Under the pieces are notes generated by a model, which was not told where the DNA came from, searched no databases, and saw only the letters and a program-made list of their open reading frames with translations. A DNA stretch of 61,139 nt, the filler included, from Sphacelaria rigidula (Eukaryota), in assembly GCA_964200075.2 (NCBI GenBank). It is 8 parts of 8 records of this genome, joined end to end, with 100 filler letters (N's around TTAATTAATTAA, not from the genome) between each part and the next. Parts side by side here need not be neighbours in the genome. Positions count along the whole stretch, not along the records: positions 1 to 7,555 come from CAXNAA020014351.1; positions 7,656 to 15,210 come from CAXNAA020014352.1; 6 more parts are not named here. One strand, given 5' to 3'. The translations under genes and the position numbers were made by a program. This document shows, piece after piece, positions 1 through 11,479 of the stretch; positions within the stretch are counted from its first letter, which is position 1; every line of letters begins with the position of its first letter.

Positions 1-33
1 TTATTATTATTATTATTATTATTATTATTTATT
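1..33 (+). repeat. (TTA)n microsatellite
   Basis: About 10 TTA units at the window start. Confidence 0.95.
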
Positions 34-56
34 GTTTTGTCGTGAAAATGTATTGA

Positions 57-166
57 CCACTAGACCGCGAGAGTAGGTCACCTGCTGAATCGGCATCAAT
101 ATTCCAATATTCACTTGGAAAAAGTACACGTGGTCCGGATGGACTACCAAAACCGCCGACCAAGGG
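57..166 (+). mobile_element. piggyBac-like MITE (family A), diverged copy
   Basis: CCACTAGACCGCGA...CGACCAAGGG ends, flanked by TTGA/TGAA. Internal GAATCGGCATCAAT..TTCACTTGGAAAA core as in the 22040 copy. Confidence 0.7.
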
Positions 167-216
167 TGAAGTCGCCAATGGTCGTTGCAAGAAATTGTGT
201 GATCCTGTGGCGAGGT

Positions 217-578
217 GAGTTCACCACTCGGTAGTTGACAGATAGTTCTCGGAAATGTATGGTTTTGTGCAGGTGCTGATGAATTTCGGACAACACTAAC
301 CCTAACCCTAACCCCGACCCCAACGAAGGCATACCGAGAACCCTCGGGCAAGGGTGGTGCAACGTGTTTCCTAGGCGAAGTTTGCGTTGGCAGACCTCAA
401 ATCGGCGCCCCAGGCCCCGATTCAGACAAAAACGCGTTCTGCACACGCTAGGAGCACGCCAGGAGCATGGCCCCTTTCAAAGATCTGGATTTCGGTTTTC
501 AGACTAAAATCCAATACGCACCTGTCCACAAATCGTAAATTTCCGAGAAATATCTGTCAACTATCGAGTGGTAAACTC
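217..578. mobile_element. Foldback/MITE-like element with ~60-bp inverted repeats enclosing telomere-like (CCCTAA)n
   Basis: 217-276 (GAGTTCACCACTCGGTAGTTGACAGATAGTTCTCGGAAAT...) is the reverse complement of 518-578. CACTAACCCTAACCCTAACCCCGACCCCAAC lies at ~294-324. Confidence 0.7.
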
Positions 579-3500
579 TACTGGAGGGGCGGGGAACTCT
601 ATTGCCTGTGGCAGAATTGTCGCGGGAAGGGGTCCGTACCCCCAGGTTCTTCGCGTGAAGGGATCCGTACCCCCAGTCATGGTTGATGCCCACGGAAATA
701 TATCGGTTGAATGCGGGCAGTTGCGATCAGAATTTCAGACGTCACCGTCCCGGGACTGTTGCCATACGGACCGATGATTCCATTTTTTTAATTTGCAGTC
801 GATGACGTGTGCCTGCTGTTTTGAACAGACACGAACGAGACCACTACCGAAAACAGGGCTTACTGCCCACCCTTGCCGTAGGCAGGAACACGCCGAGGTA
901 CGGACTGAAGGCGGACATGCTGGCGGGCGTTCGCTATGGAGGTAGAATTTCATGGTGTAGCATACACATGGACACAGCTCGGTGCGATATCAGGTGCGCA
1001 ACGGTGTTCAAGATTGAGACACTGTAAACGATGGTGAGACGCTGTTTGTTGAAAACCGATTGAATACCAAAAGCGCGTGACGTGAGTGTCTTGTATGCAG
1101 CACGTGCTGTGAAGCGCTGTAGCTATTACCCTTCTGATGTGTGTGGAGAGGTTGCGAAGAAGGTAGTATGGTGTCAAGTGAGATTGCCTGAGGTGCTGTA
1201 CTGTTGATCTAGTCTCTCTGAAGAATATGCGATACGGTACCATTCTCGACGCATCGTGGTCGACAGAGACAGTAGTGGAGTATTATTGATGGACTGTTTC
1301 GTCTTCTCCTGAAACGGACAAAGTGATCCCCAGACCCGTAATTTGTGCTATACCGAGCATGTAAAGACACACAACCAGCGCTGATATACACCGCTTGACC
1401 GTCTGGGTGAGACCTCGAGCTCCGATTAAAGAATCATCCCACAGCATAGGGCGGTTACAGCGCACCGCCAGGGTGCATTGTACCCTACCTACATCACAGT
1501 GCATCTGCGGCTGCGCGTGAGAACGTACAGTCGCGTGACAGAACAGGCCGTGCCTGCCAGCGGTGTCTGCTGGAGTAGCTTAGCACGGGGCTTGACAAGT
1601 GCATGAGGGCTTTTGACGCCGGATCCTGCGGGGATGGAAGTATATTACGCTCAACGCCGCTGCTGTCTGTATCAGCGTAACGGACGGTACTGTGTGAGAC
1701 GTGAGCTGCACACGCAGTAGTACAATATAGTCCAGATGCTGCATGCTACAGTGCAGTGTTGTATTACCCCTGCCCCCGCTGCTTCCCTTCTGCACTATTG
1801 GTATCACGAACGGTTAGATCAGACGATACCTTCGGAAAGCGTTGAACCCGTGACAGTAGTGTGGGTAATCTCCAGGCTAATTTATGCCAATGCACAACAG
1901 ATGGATCTCCCTGAAGGTGCAGTCCTGTGCCAAAATAAAAATAAAAACTATCTCGGAACAGAATTGGATCTCACTTCATCCCCTCGCCCACTGCTGCAAC
2001 GCCCAACCCCAGATGTAGACTCGTGGGCTTGTTGAGTGTGGGGTACGCGAGATGTTCCCCAAGTTTCAGCGCATAGAAGCCACGACAGCGCGTGCACCAC
2101 CGTGCCTCCTGTGGTGAGCATCTCTACAGTCGATTATAGGATGGCTTTTCTACAAATTGTCATAATCCAAAGGCTGCACCATTACTGATCTCTGTTTGTT
2201 CGCGAGCACTGCAGCCTCCCAGGTGGTCGCGATGCGGAAGTGAGTAAGGTGCCATGCCCATATATGCATTCACTCACGGTGCACCGAATTTCGGCCGCGA
2301 GATAGCCGTTTTGAGGGCATACAGACGGTATTGCCGATAATTGGAATTCGCGTCGTTTAGGTAGCTGACACACGGAAAGGAGCTGTGCTCCGGTGCATAT
2401 GCTGCCTGTCATGTCCCCGAGTGGTGCACCAAGTTTCACGTGGTTGCATGAAGGGACGGCCGAAAACTGCACAATAAAAAATGATGCAGAAAATTCGAAA
2501 ATGGCACCAGTCGACTGTCAAAAGATATACCTGTTGTAGTTACGCCGCATAATTCTGGTGGCGAAAGATACAGGCGAAACTGCTGCATCCCTGCGGCAGC
2601 ACGAGAGAGATGGGGATAGGTACGCTACCGTGCTTGCGAGCACTGTCGGTTAGGCTTCGCGACATCGCCCCCCCATACGATATGCCTTCAATTATGTCGG
2701 CAGATCAGTTGGTTGCATTCGGAGGTGTCTTGTAGATGCTGTACCGCCGGGGGGTGTCGGCATTGGCAAAATCTGCACACGGCGTTCATCCTTTCACCAT
2801 CCAGGGCTCAAAGAAAGCACATCTTGTTCCCATTTTCGCAGATTTGCGCACAGACGTGATTCTTATTCCGGAATGTAGGTGTAGCTATCGCCAGGAAGGG
2901 AGCACGCAGGCTTTACGGACCTCAAGTGTTGCAGTAAAGTTCATGCAGTAACGATGACTGCTCCCTATTTTCTCTGTTAAGCGTTAGCTCCTGGCGCCGG
3001 GGTGTTCACGTCCGACGTTGTACGCCATATCACGCAATATCACAGGATATTTCTGGAAATATGACGCAAACGAGCGTCAACTTCAAAAGAGGGTCTTCTC
3101 AGTAGCATAAATCATGATGCCGATAAATTTAGGCGTCTGACTTTGTGTACTGGGCATCGATTGCAGCGCGACTTATTACAGTGCCTTTTACCGACTCTGC
3201 GACGCCACGACGGTGAGCGAAAGCTTGAAATCCCGCTTACATTGGCGTTGTGGAGTCAGGGTCCATGTTAACGGCGAGGCCTTCATTTTCATTACATTTA
3301 TCGCTACTTCTACTTCGGATAAATAAACTTCCCCGACAAAAAAAGAAACAGTACCTTGTTAATTTTGTGAATGATCGAATATTTTAATGCTAACAGGATG
3401 TGTCCATTTTTTCATATTGCTTCGTAGTTGGCAATACCGACGAGCTGAAGAAATGCAACCATATGTCGAAGGTTTGGTGTGGATACCTCTCCGGGTTTGC

Positions 3501-6099
3501 ATCGTCGATCAAAAGCTCCTCCCTCAATTTTGATCACTCGGGAAAAGGACTGTGGTATACTCTGTTCGTGATTTCTTTCCCGTTAATGATCCTGCGACAC
3601 TCCAGAAAATATATAGGGCGAGTATATTTTTATACATACACAATCCCCTCAAACCGACCTCCCCCGTGTCGGCGAATTTTCGCCGTACACTACATACTAC
3701 CATCCACTGCTATATGCCGTTGTCTCTACTACGCTCAGCCCTCCGCGCAGCCGAGGTCGGCAATCGTTCTCGCCACGTCCCAGGGCTCGCCCATACTGCA
3801 TGTCACCATCCCTCTTGTCATGCTCTATGTGCCTGCTTTCCGGCGCGATACATGACGTCGTCGCCGTCGAACCAACATCTGTCGGACTGTTGGCTGTTCA
3901 CATATCCCCTGCCAGTTCCCCCATTAACATACCACCCACCAAGCAGCAGGCGTTGTCACTAGATCTTATCCCAGTGTGAATACAGAAACATACACGTACC
4001 CCTGGAAATGTCACTTCCGGGTTCAGCATCGACAAGTTAGGAATCTTCCCGCATCATCTCTCCACATGGTCTGCTTAAGTTTCCATGATCCCGGCAGTGA
4101 AACGCAAAAAATATACACAAAACCGACAGCATCACGGCGTATGGTTCGGCGCCAGTCCACACCGAGCTTTTTTCCTTTGTCTGGAACCCAAGCACCAGAC
4201 ATGAAGCCACGCACACCAAGTCTCCACCCCCCGCGAGGCCATCAATCAGGCGACCGCCTCTTCCTTGATATAGAACATTGATGTGGTCCACCGACGAAAT
4301 AATCACTACACACTATAAACATTTACACCGCATGCACCCTTGCGCCGTCGTCAGCTTCACGGGCTTAGAACCTCACGTCCGATTTAGCCAACACAGGGGA
4401 GCACCTGAGGGGCAGCGTGGCGCGCGTAATAACCATTGGAGGCACAAAAGGATGATTGTGTGATTGTGATACCTGCTTCGCTGAAGAATCATCTTACGGT
4501 AATATCTGACCAGTGTGCGACGGAGTGGTGCAAACGGGCAGAAAAGGGGGAAGACGTGAAGATATGCGGCATACAAGGATCGGCGGACACACGTTCAGCA
4601 CTTTGGACCCATCGGGCACGTGTGGCCCCATAAATGGTATCGTTTTTAAGTAGTGCGTTCATCCTTCCCCTTCAAACGCCGGCCAGGGGCAGGGGCATGA
4701 CGCCCACCCTGCTCTCTCCTGATGAGTGATAGTAGACTCGTAGGGGGGCTGAGCAACGTATGGGATGCGTATGTGTCTCCTAATGACGTTAAAGGCATGG
4801 GGCCGCAGATGCAACAATCGGCATCATTTCCCGTGCAACATTCGGAGGCGCATCGGCTTCATTTTGACTTAGACGTGACTGAAAATGATGCCCATACACA
4901 AAAACAGAAGTCGTCAGTGGATTCCGAAAGGGTTACACAGCTGGGAAGAGGGGAACGGTAATTGCAACAAGCCAGGCTCCGGCGCGTTGGCAACCTGCCG
5001 CAGGCGTTGGAAAGTGATTGATGGATCGATGGATTTTAATCGATGGTCAGAGTTGAGCATACCCCCTTCGACTCCAGCCGCGGGCGCATTATCAACGTGT
5101 ACTTAGGACTAATATAAACGAAACGAAAGAAACACTCAGAACGAAATGAAGAAAGAGAGAAAGTAAAACAGAACAGCATCGTAGACCAAGACGTGGGGGG
5201 GGGGAAAGATAACAAATAAATAAGTGTAGAGCATGAAAATACACATTTCGTCTGTCTCTGTTGCATGGCTTCGACTCACGAGGTCCTGCGCGGAACGTGG
5301 AATATCCAATCGGAGGAAACAAGGGTCGCGGGAAGGCTCAGATTGCAGCTCCTCTACTGCAAACGCTCTATTTAGTCCGTTTGATCCGCTTTGTTTTTTT
5401 CCCTCGTATTTTGCAAACAACGAGGGAAAAATACAAGGTGGCTACTTGCGGGTCGTTTTCCCGCAAGATTCTCGGGAAAAAAATACAAGACGACCCATAT
5501 CTCACGACATGGGCCCTTCTGCCTTGCATTTTGAAAATCATACGGGACGAGATCGACTCTTGTGCTACCCTCATATTTTTCATTCACTGCGCCGCGAGAC
5601 TAGCAACGCCCGCCAGCCCTAAATATGTTTGTGCCCTTCGACATCTGCGGGCCACCCCTTGCAGCAATATCGCACATCCCCAGCGCCGTTTACACGCTAC
5701 ACCAAACTTTGCTTCGTCATCCAGGCGCACGCGACATCTAGTCAGGGGTTCATGATCTATTGGCATCGGCCGTGTTATCAAGAAGCTTCAGCACAGACTG
5801 TACCGAGCGCAAAGATTGCAGGGTGCTGTCTGTGCCGTGTCATGCAGTGAGTGGTAGGTGGCGGTTTGCACACAACAGTATTACGCACGGCTGCCGTAAA
5901 CATTATGCGTACAACCTGAGAGATGCGGACAACGTGCGATACAGACGACGCCAGGCAGTACTGTGCCGTTTGCACTGCCGCACTGGACGGCACGCCGCAC
6001 GGCAGATCGACACAAGAGGAGGCTATATCACGTCTGTATAGCCCTTTTCTCCCCGCTGCACACGACATCCTCAAGTCTCCTTTACTGCATACCTCACCT

Positions 6100-7420
6100 C
6101 AACGTGATTTATCACTCCATCACCCCAGGACAAGGCACTGCAGATATTTCTCCATCGGGTCCCCCCCATCGTCTCCGTCCGAATCAGAAGAGTCATCCGA
6201 CCACGAGCTCTCATCCCATTTCGACTCTTCATCACTGTCCGTTGCCGCGGCGCTACTGTCACCCTCCGACTCACTCCCCCCCTCCACCTCCGGCTGGGAC
6301 GCTTCAGTTTATGGCGCGCGCGGTGGTGCTGCAACTCCGGCGCATCGTGCCTCGCACCCACACAGGATGGGATGACAGCCCTTCCCCATTCTGGCGCAAG
6401 TGCAGTTGCGCCTGCACTGGTGCTTCTCTGCCGCCGCAGGTTTGCACCCGCACAACAGGCGCTTGACATTCCCCGTAGGGTCGATGTACGCATGCTCCGA
6501 GAGGTTGACCACAACGTTGGCTTTGGTCAGACGCGTATCCGCGTTTGCTGTGTTCCATCCGCAATTAACAAATTCCGCCCGTGGCATTGACTCCGCCACC
6601 CCCCCTGCCAGTACTCCAAGACAGCAACCGCCCGCTGCGCTTAAAATCGCAGCGCTTCGACGGGTGGCACGAGATCCTTCGGCCTCGTGTCGCTTATTTT
6701 CCACCTCAAAATCCTCACTCAGTTCACGAACCGCGTTGTGTCTCCTTCCGCCCGCTGGTGAAGGATGTCTGCGGCGGTTGTACCAGCCGCGGAGAATGCT
6801 GCTTCCTTCTTGTAGTCGAAAGCAAGTCCGAAGAACGTCACCACTTGGTCTCCGTCAACTGTCAGCAATCCACCTTCGCACTTGAAAAGCGGCTTCGGTA
6901 ACAAATTCTTGACGCGCAGGCCTTTCAACAGCGCGTTCCACATTTGCCATGAAAGACAATCCGTGGGAACAAGGCAGGAAGTCACACCCACTCAATAAGT
7001 TACACCAACTCGAACAGGGCCACCCTCATTCCGCCCTTTTCGTTGACCCATGCGCTGCAACCCTCCCACGCGCTGAAAGGACCATCTTGGAGTCCGATGA
7101 TGGCGTGATGAACACGGTTGACGTACATATACTCAGGGCCGCCCGATGTTCGTCGCCGCAAAGTTACTTCCGTCCGATCGTTGCCTTCTGCGGCGATCTT
7201 GTTTGTCGCCATAGCCAGCAACACGATCATCTGTATATCCGTGTCTACGGAGGTTAGCACTTGGATCGCCGGTTCATCGCGTGGTAGGTACCGCCCATGG
7301 TGAACCATGAAATGCACGGCTGCGAGCTCGCCCTCTCCCATTTGCGGACCAATATCGTGATGGATTACCCCCTCGTCACACAAACCACCACGCCAATGGA
7401 GTAGATTCGGATACCCCGCG
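6100..7420 (-). pseudogene. Decayed XPG/FEN-type PIN nuclease + Cys-rich CXC zinc finger + acidic tail; C-terminal part of an AcademX-like DNA transposase
   Basis: Frame-stitched minus-strand translation: GEGELAAVHF...VLTSVDTDIQMIVLL...LLSGCDFLP...LVPPVEALRF*AQRAVAVLEYW...CGW...LLCGCKPAAAEKHQCRRNCTCARMGKGCHPILCGCEARC, then an E/D/S-rich tail. Several stops and frameshifts. Confidence 0.7.
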
Positions 7421-8804
7421 CATCCGCCGCCTGTATCAAGTGACTTCGTATCAGCACCGCCCCCCCCCCCCCGCCTCTCAACCTGGCACGAGCGCCTAAT
7501 CCACCCGGCCCCCCCCCCTCGCCGGAGGGCGACGGAGGGGGCCACATCCAGACCCNNNNNNNNNNNNNNNNNNNNNNNNNNNNNNNNNNNNNNNNNNNNT
7601 TAATTAATTAANNNNNNNNNNNNNNNNNNNNNNNNNNNNNNNNNNNNNNNNNNNNAATACCGTCCCTGCTATTCCTTACCAGACACATTACCAAAATAAA
7701 GAAAAATATAAATAAAATATAAATAAATAATGATGATAGGCAAGAATAACAGCTGACCGAGCCGGTACGGCGGTACCGCGAACGGTCAATCAGGGTTCAT
7801 CCAGTGGCTCTATAATTCCGAGCTCTTTCTACCGGAGACCCCGTTGCCTAGGTTGCAGTGCATCCAGTTTCACAGGTTCGAACGTTTCGAGTCCGCTCAT
7901 GAGTGTTCCCGGCGGACCCCGTCCTTGTGACTTTTTCTCCGGGTTACACGTGTAATGTGGTGCTCATTACTCTCATTGAAATATGGGCTCCACATCATTT
8001 CCTCTTCTGACACGCCCCAAGTCTCTCTATTCGAGGGGCTGAGACGATCATTTATGAAGATAATATCAACGTGGGTCCTTCTTTGTTTGTGTGTCATGAT
8101 ACTATTATACTGGCCTGTCCGTGAACGTGTCATATCCGCCATACTATCGTGTTGAACAAATACAAGACGGTAAGTTTTATCGACGTTCGTACCCAGGTTT
8201 ACATAATCATTATACTTCTGTCGGGGGTCTGTGACTTGGTCACATGATCCCGGCATATGTGAAATCTGTGTGATCAGTACTGATTTTGATGCCCCCGCAG
8301 ATGCTAATTTATGGGCGACTCGGTGGAAAACATTGTGTTGTCGCATGGGGTTGGGTTGTCGTCCCGCGCTTGGCCTGGATTCTGAACCCGTGGTGATTAC
8401 CGTCTGGTATGGCAGTACCTGCGTCTGGGCAAGATAAATATCGAAGACAGAAAGTAAATGATCGCTGCGTTTGTATCTCTGGAGTGGTATACTCCAACGT
8501 TACAAACGTTTCAAGGGTATCCTCGTCAGCAATATCCCTATTTGCTGGTAAAAGCTCAGACCTTTGGGTCGAGTCTCTCTTCACCGCTGATGTCCTTGTG
8601 ATCGCGTGGACCATGGAATCAATTTTCTGTTGTCCTGATGCTATACCTAACGCGTGCGAAAAGGTTTCCTGCAAGTACGCGTTTACCGAGGTATTGTTTC
8701 TCATGGCAAAAGTGGTTTCCGCATGAACAGTTCCACAACACCGTTTTTTTCTCTTGACATGAGACGGCGGATCTGGTGGAGACGAGCAAATCAGTTTTTG
8801 CTTG

Positions 8805-9245
8805 ATTCTGTGCGCGTCTATGAGATGTTGACATTGGGGTACCTGGTCCGCCCTATACTCTAGGTCAGTCGATGGACCGTATCCTTTGGGTCTGAGGCGG
8901 TACAATACTTGAGAGTCATGCTACGATGAGGGGGGGTGTTCGATTCCACTAGAAAATAGGCTCATAGGTGCGTCAGACGATCTAACGCACTCGCGTTGCG
9001 CTTGTATTTGGTCAAGAGCCGTGTAATGCAGTATGAATGAGCGTTATCTTTCGAGGCAAGCGCGTTCGAACAACCATTGCTGCATTCAACGACGATTGGA
9101 GTAGAATTTTGTGAAGAAACACGGCCTAAAATACCCCCTCCCCCCCCCACCCCCTCCTCTCTGCTACCGTGACATGATTCTCGAGGTCGTTTTCCGCCCG
9201 AGGCCCCGCTCATGGCCCACCACCGTGTCAACGATATATCGTTCG
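8805..9245 (-). pseudogene. Integrase C-terminal chromodomain, split by a MITE
   Basis: Removing 8913-9180 gives ERYIVDTVVGHERG...VLYRLRPKGYGPSTDLEYRADQVPQCQHLIDAHR (one frameshift), which matches the chromodomain pattern Y.V..V..H...Y.V.WKGY.... Confidence 0.75.
8913..9180. mobile_element. MITE family B (GAG termini, 4-bp TSD; Sola2-like) inserted in the chromodomain
   Basis: TIRs GAGTCATGCTACGATGAG / CTACCGTGACATGATTC. Flanks TTGA/TCGA. The left ~100 bp is homologous (reverse complement) to 49131-49239. Confidence 0.75.
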
Positions 9246-11363
9246 ATTTTCGGTTGTTCTACATCTGGGCGGTCAACCTCTGGAAGAGGAAATCTTTTCG
9301 CTAAGAAAACGTCGGCACGTCAATCGAAATCGGTTGTGGGTGCTTTCTTCCGTGGGGAGTACGTTTTCGAGTGATCCAAGTGTACCGACATTTGTTTTGC
9401 ATCATTGCCCGACTTTACTTTGTTTACTTGGGCGATACCTTGGAACATATAGTGTACGGGCCTCGGCAAGGAAACGGCAATTCTGGATTTTGGTCGTCTG
9501 CATCTTGGTATCGCCTGGAAAGAAACACTTTTTGTCCCGGTGCAAATGTGGGAAAATCTTGAGTTTGTCGTTGCTTGCTTTTCTCCTTGTCTGCACGTCC
9601 TTGCAGATTGCGTCTTGCGCGTTCACGAGCCAGCTGCAAATTATCTCTCTGTTGCTTCGTGTATTCTTCGACATCGGGTGCGTGTCCCTTATCTGGGATG
9701 CCTAAAACTAATATTAACTAGTAGGCTTGGTTGTCTCCCGAACAAAAAAAATGTACGGAGATTCTTGCACCGTTGTGTTCAATGAGACGTTGTCCGCCAT
9801 TCGGACATACGGCGACATTGTTGCCCAGCTGTCTTGCTTGACTAAACGGTGTCTTGCCAGCATAGCGTGTAAACTCGAGTGTAACCGCTATGAAACTGAG
9901 TTGCCTTGAGGACTGAACGGAGGTGTGCGGGCTTTCTCGAACGACAGCAATGTCTGTAGCTGGTAGATCACCCGATTCTCAAACTCTTTGCCTTGAGCAG
10001 AGTGCAACGCTTGCGGAATATCGAATATTGTTAATACTCTGTCGAGTAGAATCTGTGCCACCTGAATGGCTGACTTGTTTGGGATCGGGACAAAGAGTGC
10101 ATAGCTTCAAATGATTCATCACAGACATGACGTACTTGCCGGGCACTCCAGCTGAGGGTTTCGAAATCGCCTCGTACTCGACCAAGTCTATCAATACGCG
10201 TTGGAATGTCCTTTCGACAGATATATGATCTGGAGGGAGTTGTGGACGTTTTCCGGCGTTGACAAGGCGGGCAATCTCTACACCAGTTCGAGGTGGTCTC
10301 GAGATAACGCATGGTCGTGATACGAGTGCAGTACGAATCCGATTAGGGCTTTGAGTAACACTAGTTGATCACAAAAGGTGCGTCTTTTTTGGAGGTGCCC
10401 TAGCAAATATGATATGTACAAAATACCGTCTTGGGCTGAATAGTAAGACATGGAGGCCAACGTTTCTTTTCCCGGGATTGTTCCAGTGTAGGAGCCATAT
10501 TCGCTTGCCTGTTCTGCTTGCAACGTTTGCTTGTCTACAGACATGAAGACATTTGTTGCGCTGTTGTAGACCGACTTTACTGTGAATAGCTCTCTGTCGC
10601 TATGTACTGGTTTTAGAGTATCCACTTTATCCGCTGAGAATTGAAATGGCTGGTGCGGCCTTCAGGTGTGTAATGCGGGATCTTCTGGCACGTCACGACA
10701 AATCGGAGGGAGGAGAGGTTTTACTTTGTCCTCTTGTTGCCGCTCGAATGTTAAGAGTGTTGATAGAGTGTCGGGTATGATATTTAGTATTCCCGGTAAA
10801 TGCTGTTCCGTTAAGTCATATGACTGCAAAGCAATTGCCCACCTTGTCGTCATTTTGTTTGTATCTTCCATCGTATACAGGCATCGCAGCATTGCATGAT
10901 TTGTCACGCAAATGATCCTCATGAGAAATATCTCCAATGTTGGATCGCTAAAATAACCGCGTTGTATTCCTTGAGGGTCGCAGAACAGTGCTACTTGACA
11001 TGGTTAAAACGTTAAGTGAAGTAAGCTATGATCACTTGGTCATCGCCTTACTTCTGTCATAGGTGGGCCCCCACTCCCTCACTGCTGACATCGAGTTGGT
11101 GGACCACGAGTTCTTTGGAGAAGTCCGGGAAATGCAATACTGGAGCAGTCGTCAAACGTCGTTTCACTTCCGCGAAAGATCCGTATTATTCTGCTTTCCA
11201 ACTTTTTGTTACTTCTTTGACCGCTTCTTCCCTTGTGAGATCAACCAAGGGTGCGCTGATTTCGGCCACCTTTGGGATAAACTTCGCACAAAATTGACCA
11301 TGCCGAGCAATGAGTGCAACTGCGTGATGTTGGTTGTTATGGGTAAGTCCAGGATTGCTTTGA

Positions 11364-11479
11364 CCCTTCAGGAACCCGTTGCCGATTTTGTTTTGTGAAT
11401 CGGCATCATTTTGACTTGAAAATAAGTGGAAATATAACCGATTCACGACACCAAAAATCGTCAATGGGTTCCAAAAGGG
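11364..11479. mobile_element. piggyBac-like MITE (family A variant) inserted in the RT
   Basis: TIRs CCCTTCAGGAACCC / GGGTTCCAAAAGGG. Flanks TTGA/TGAA. Excision restores RT sequence DRIKAILDLP...LLGMVNFV, whose codons contain a TTAA-type site. Confidence 0.8.
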
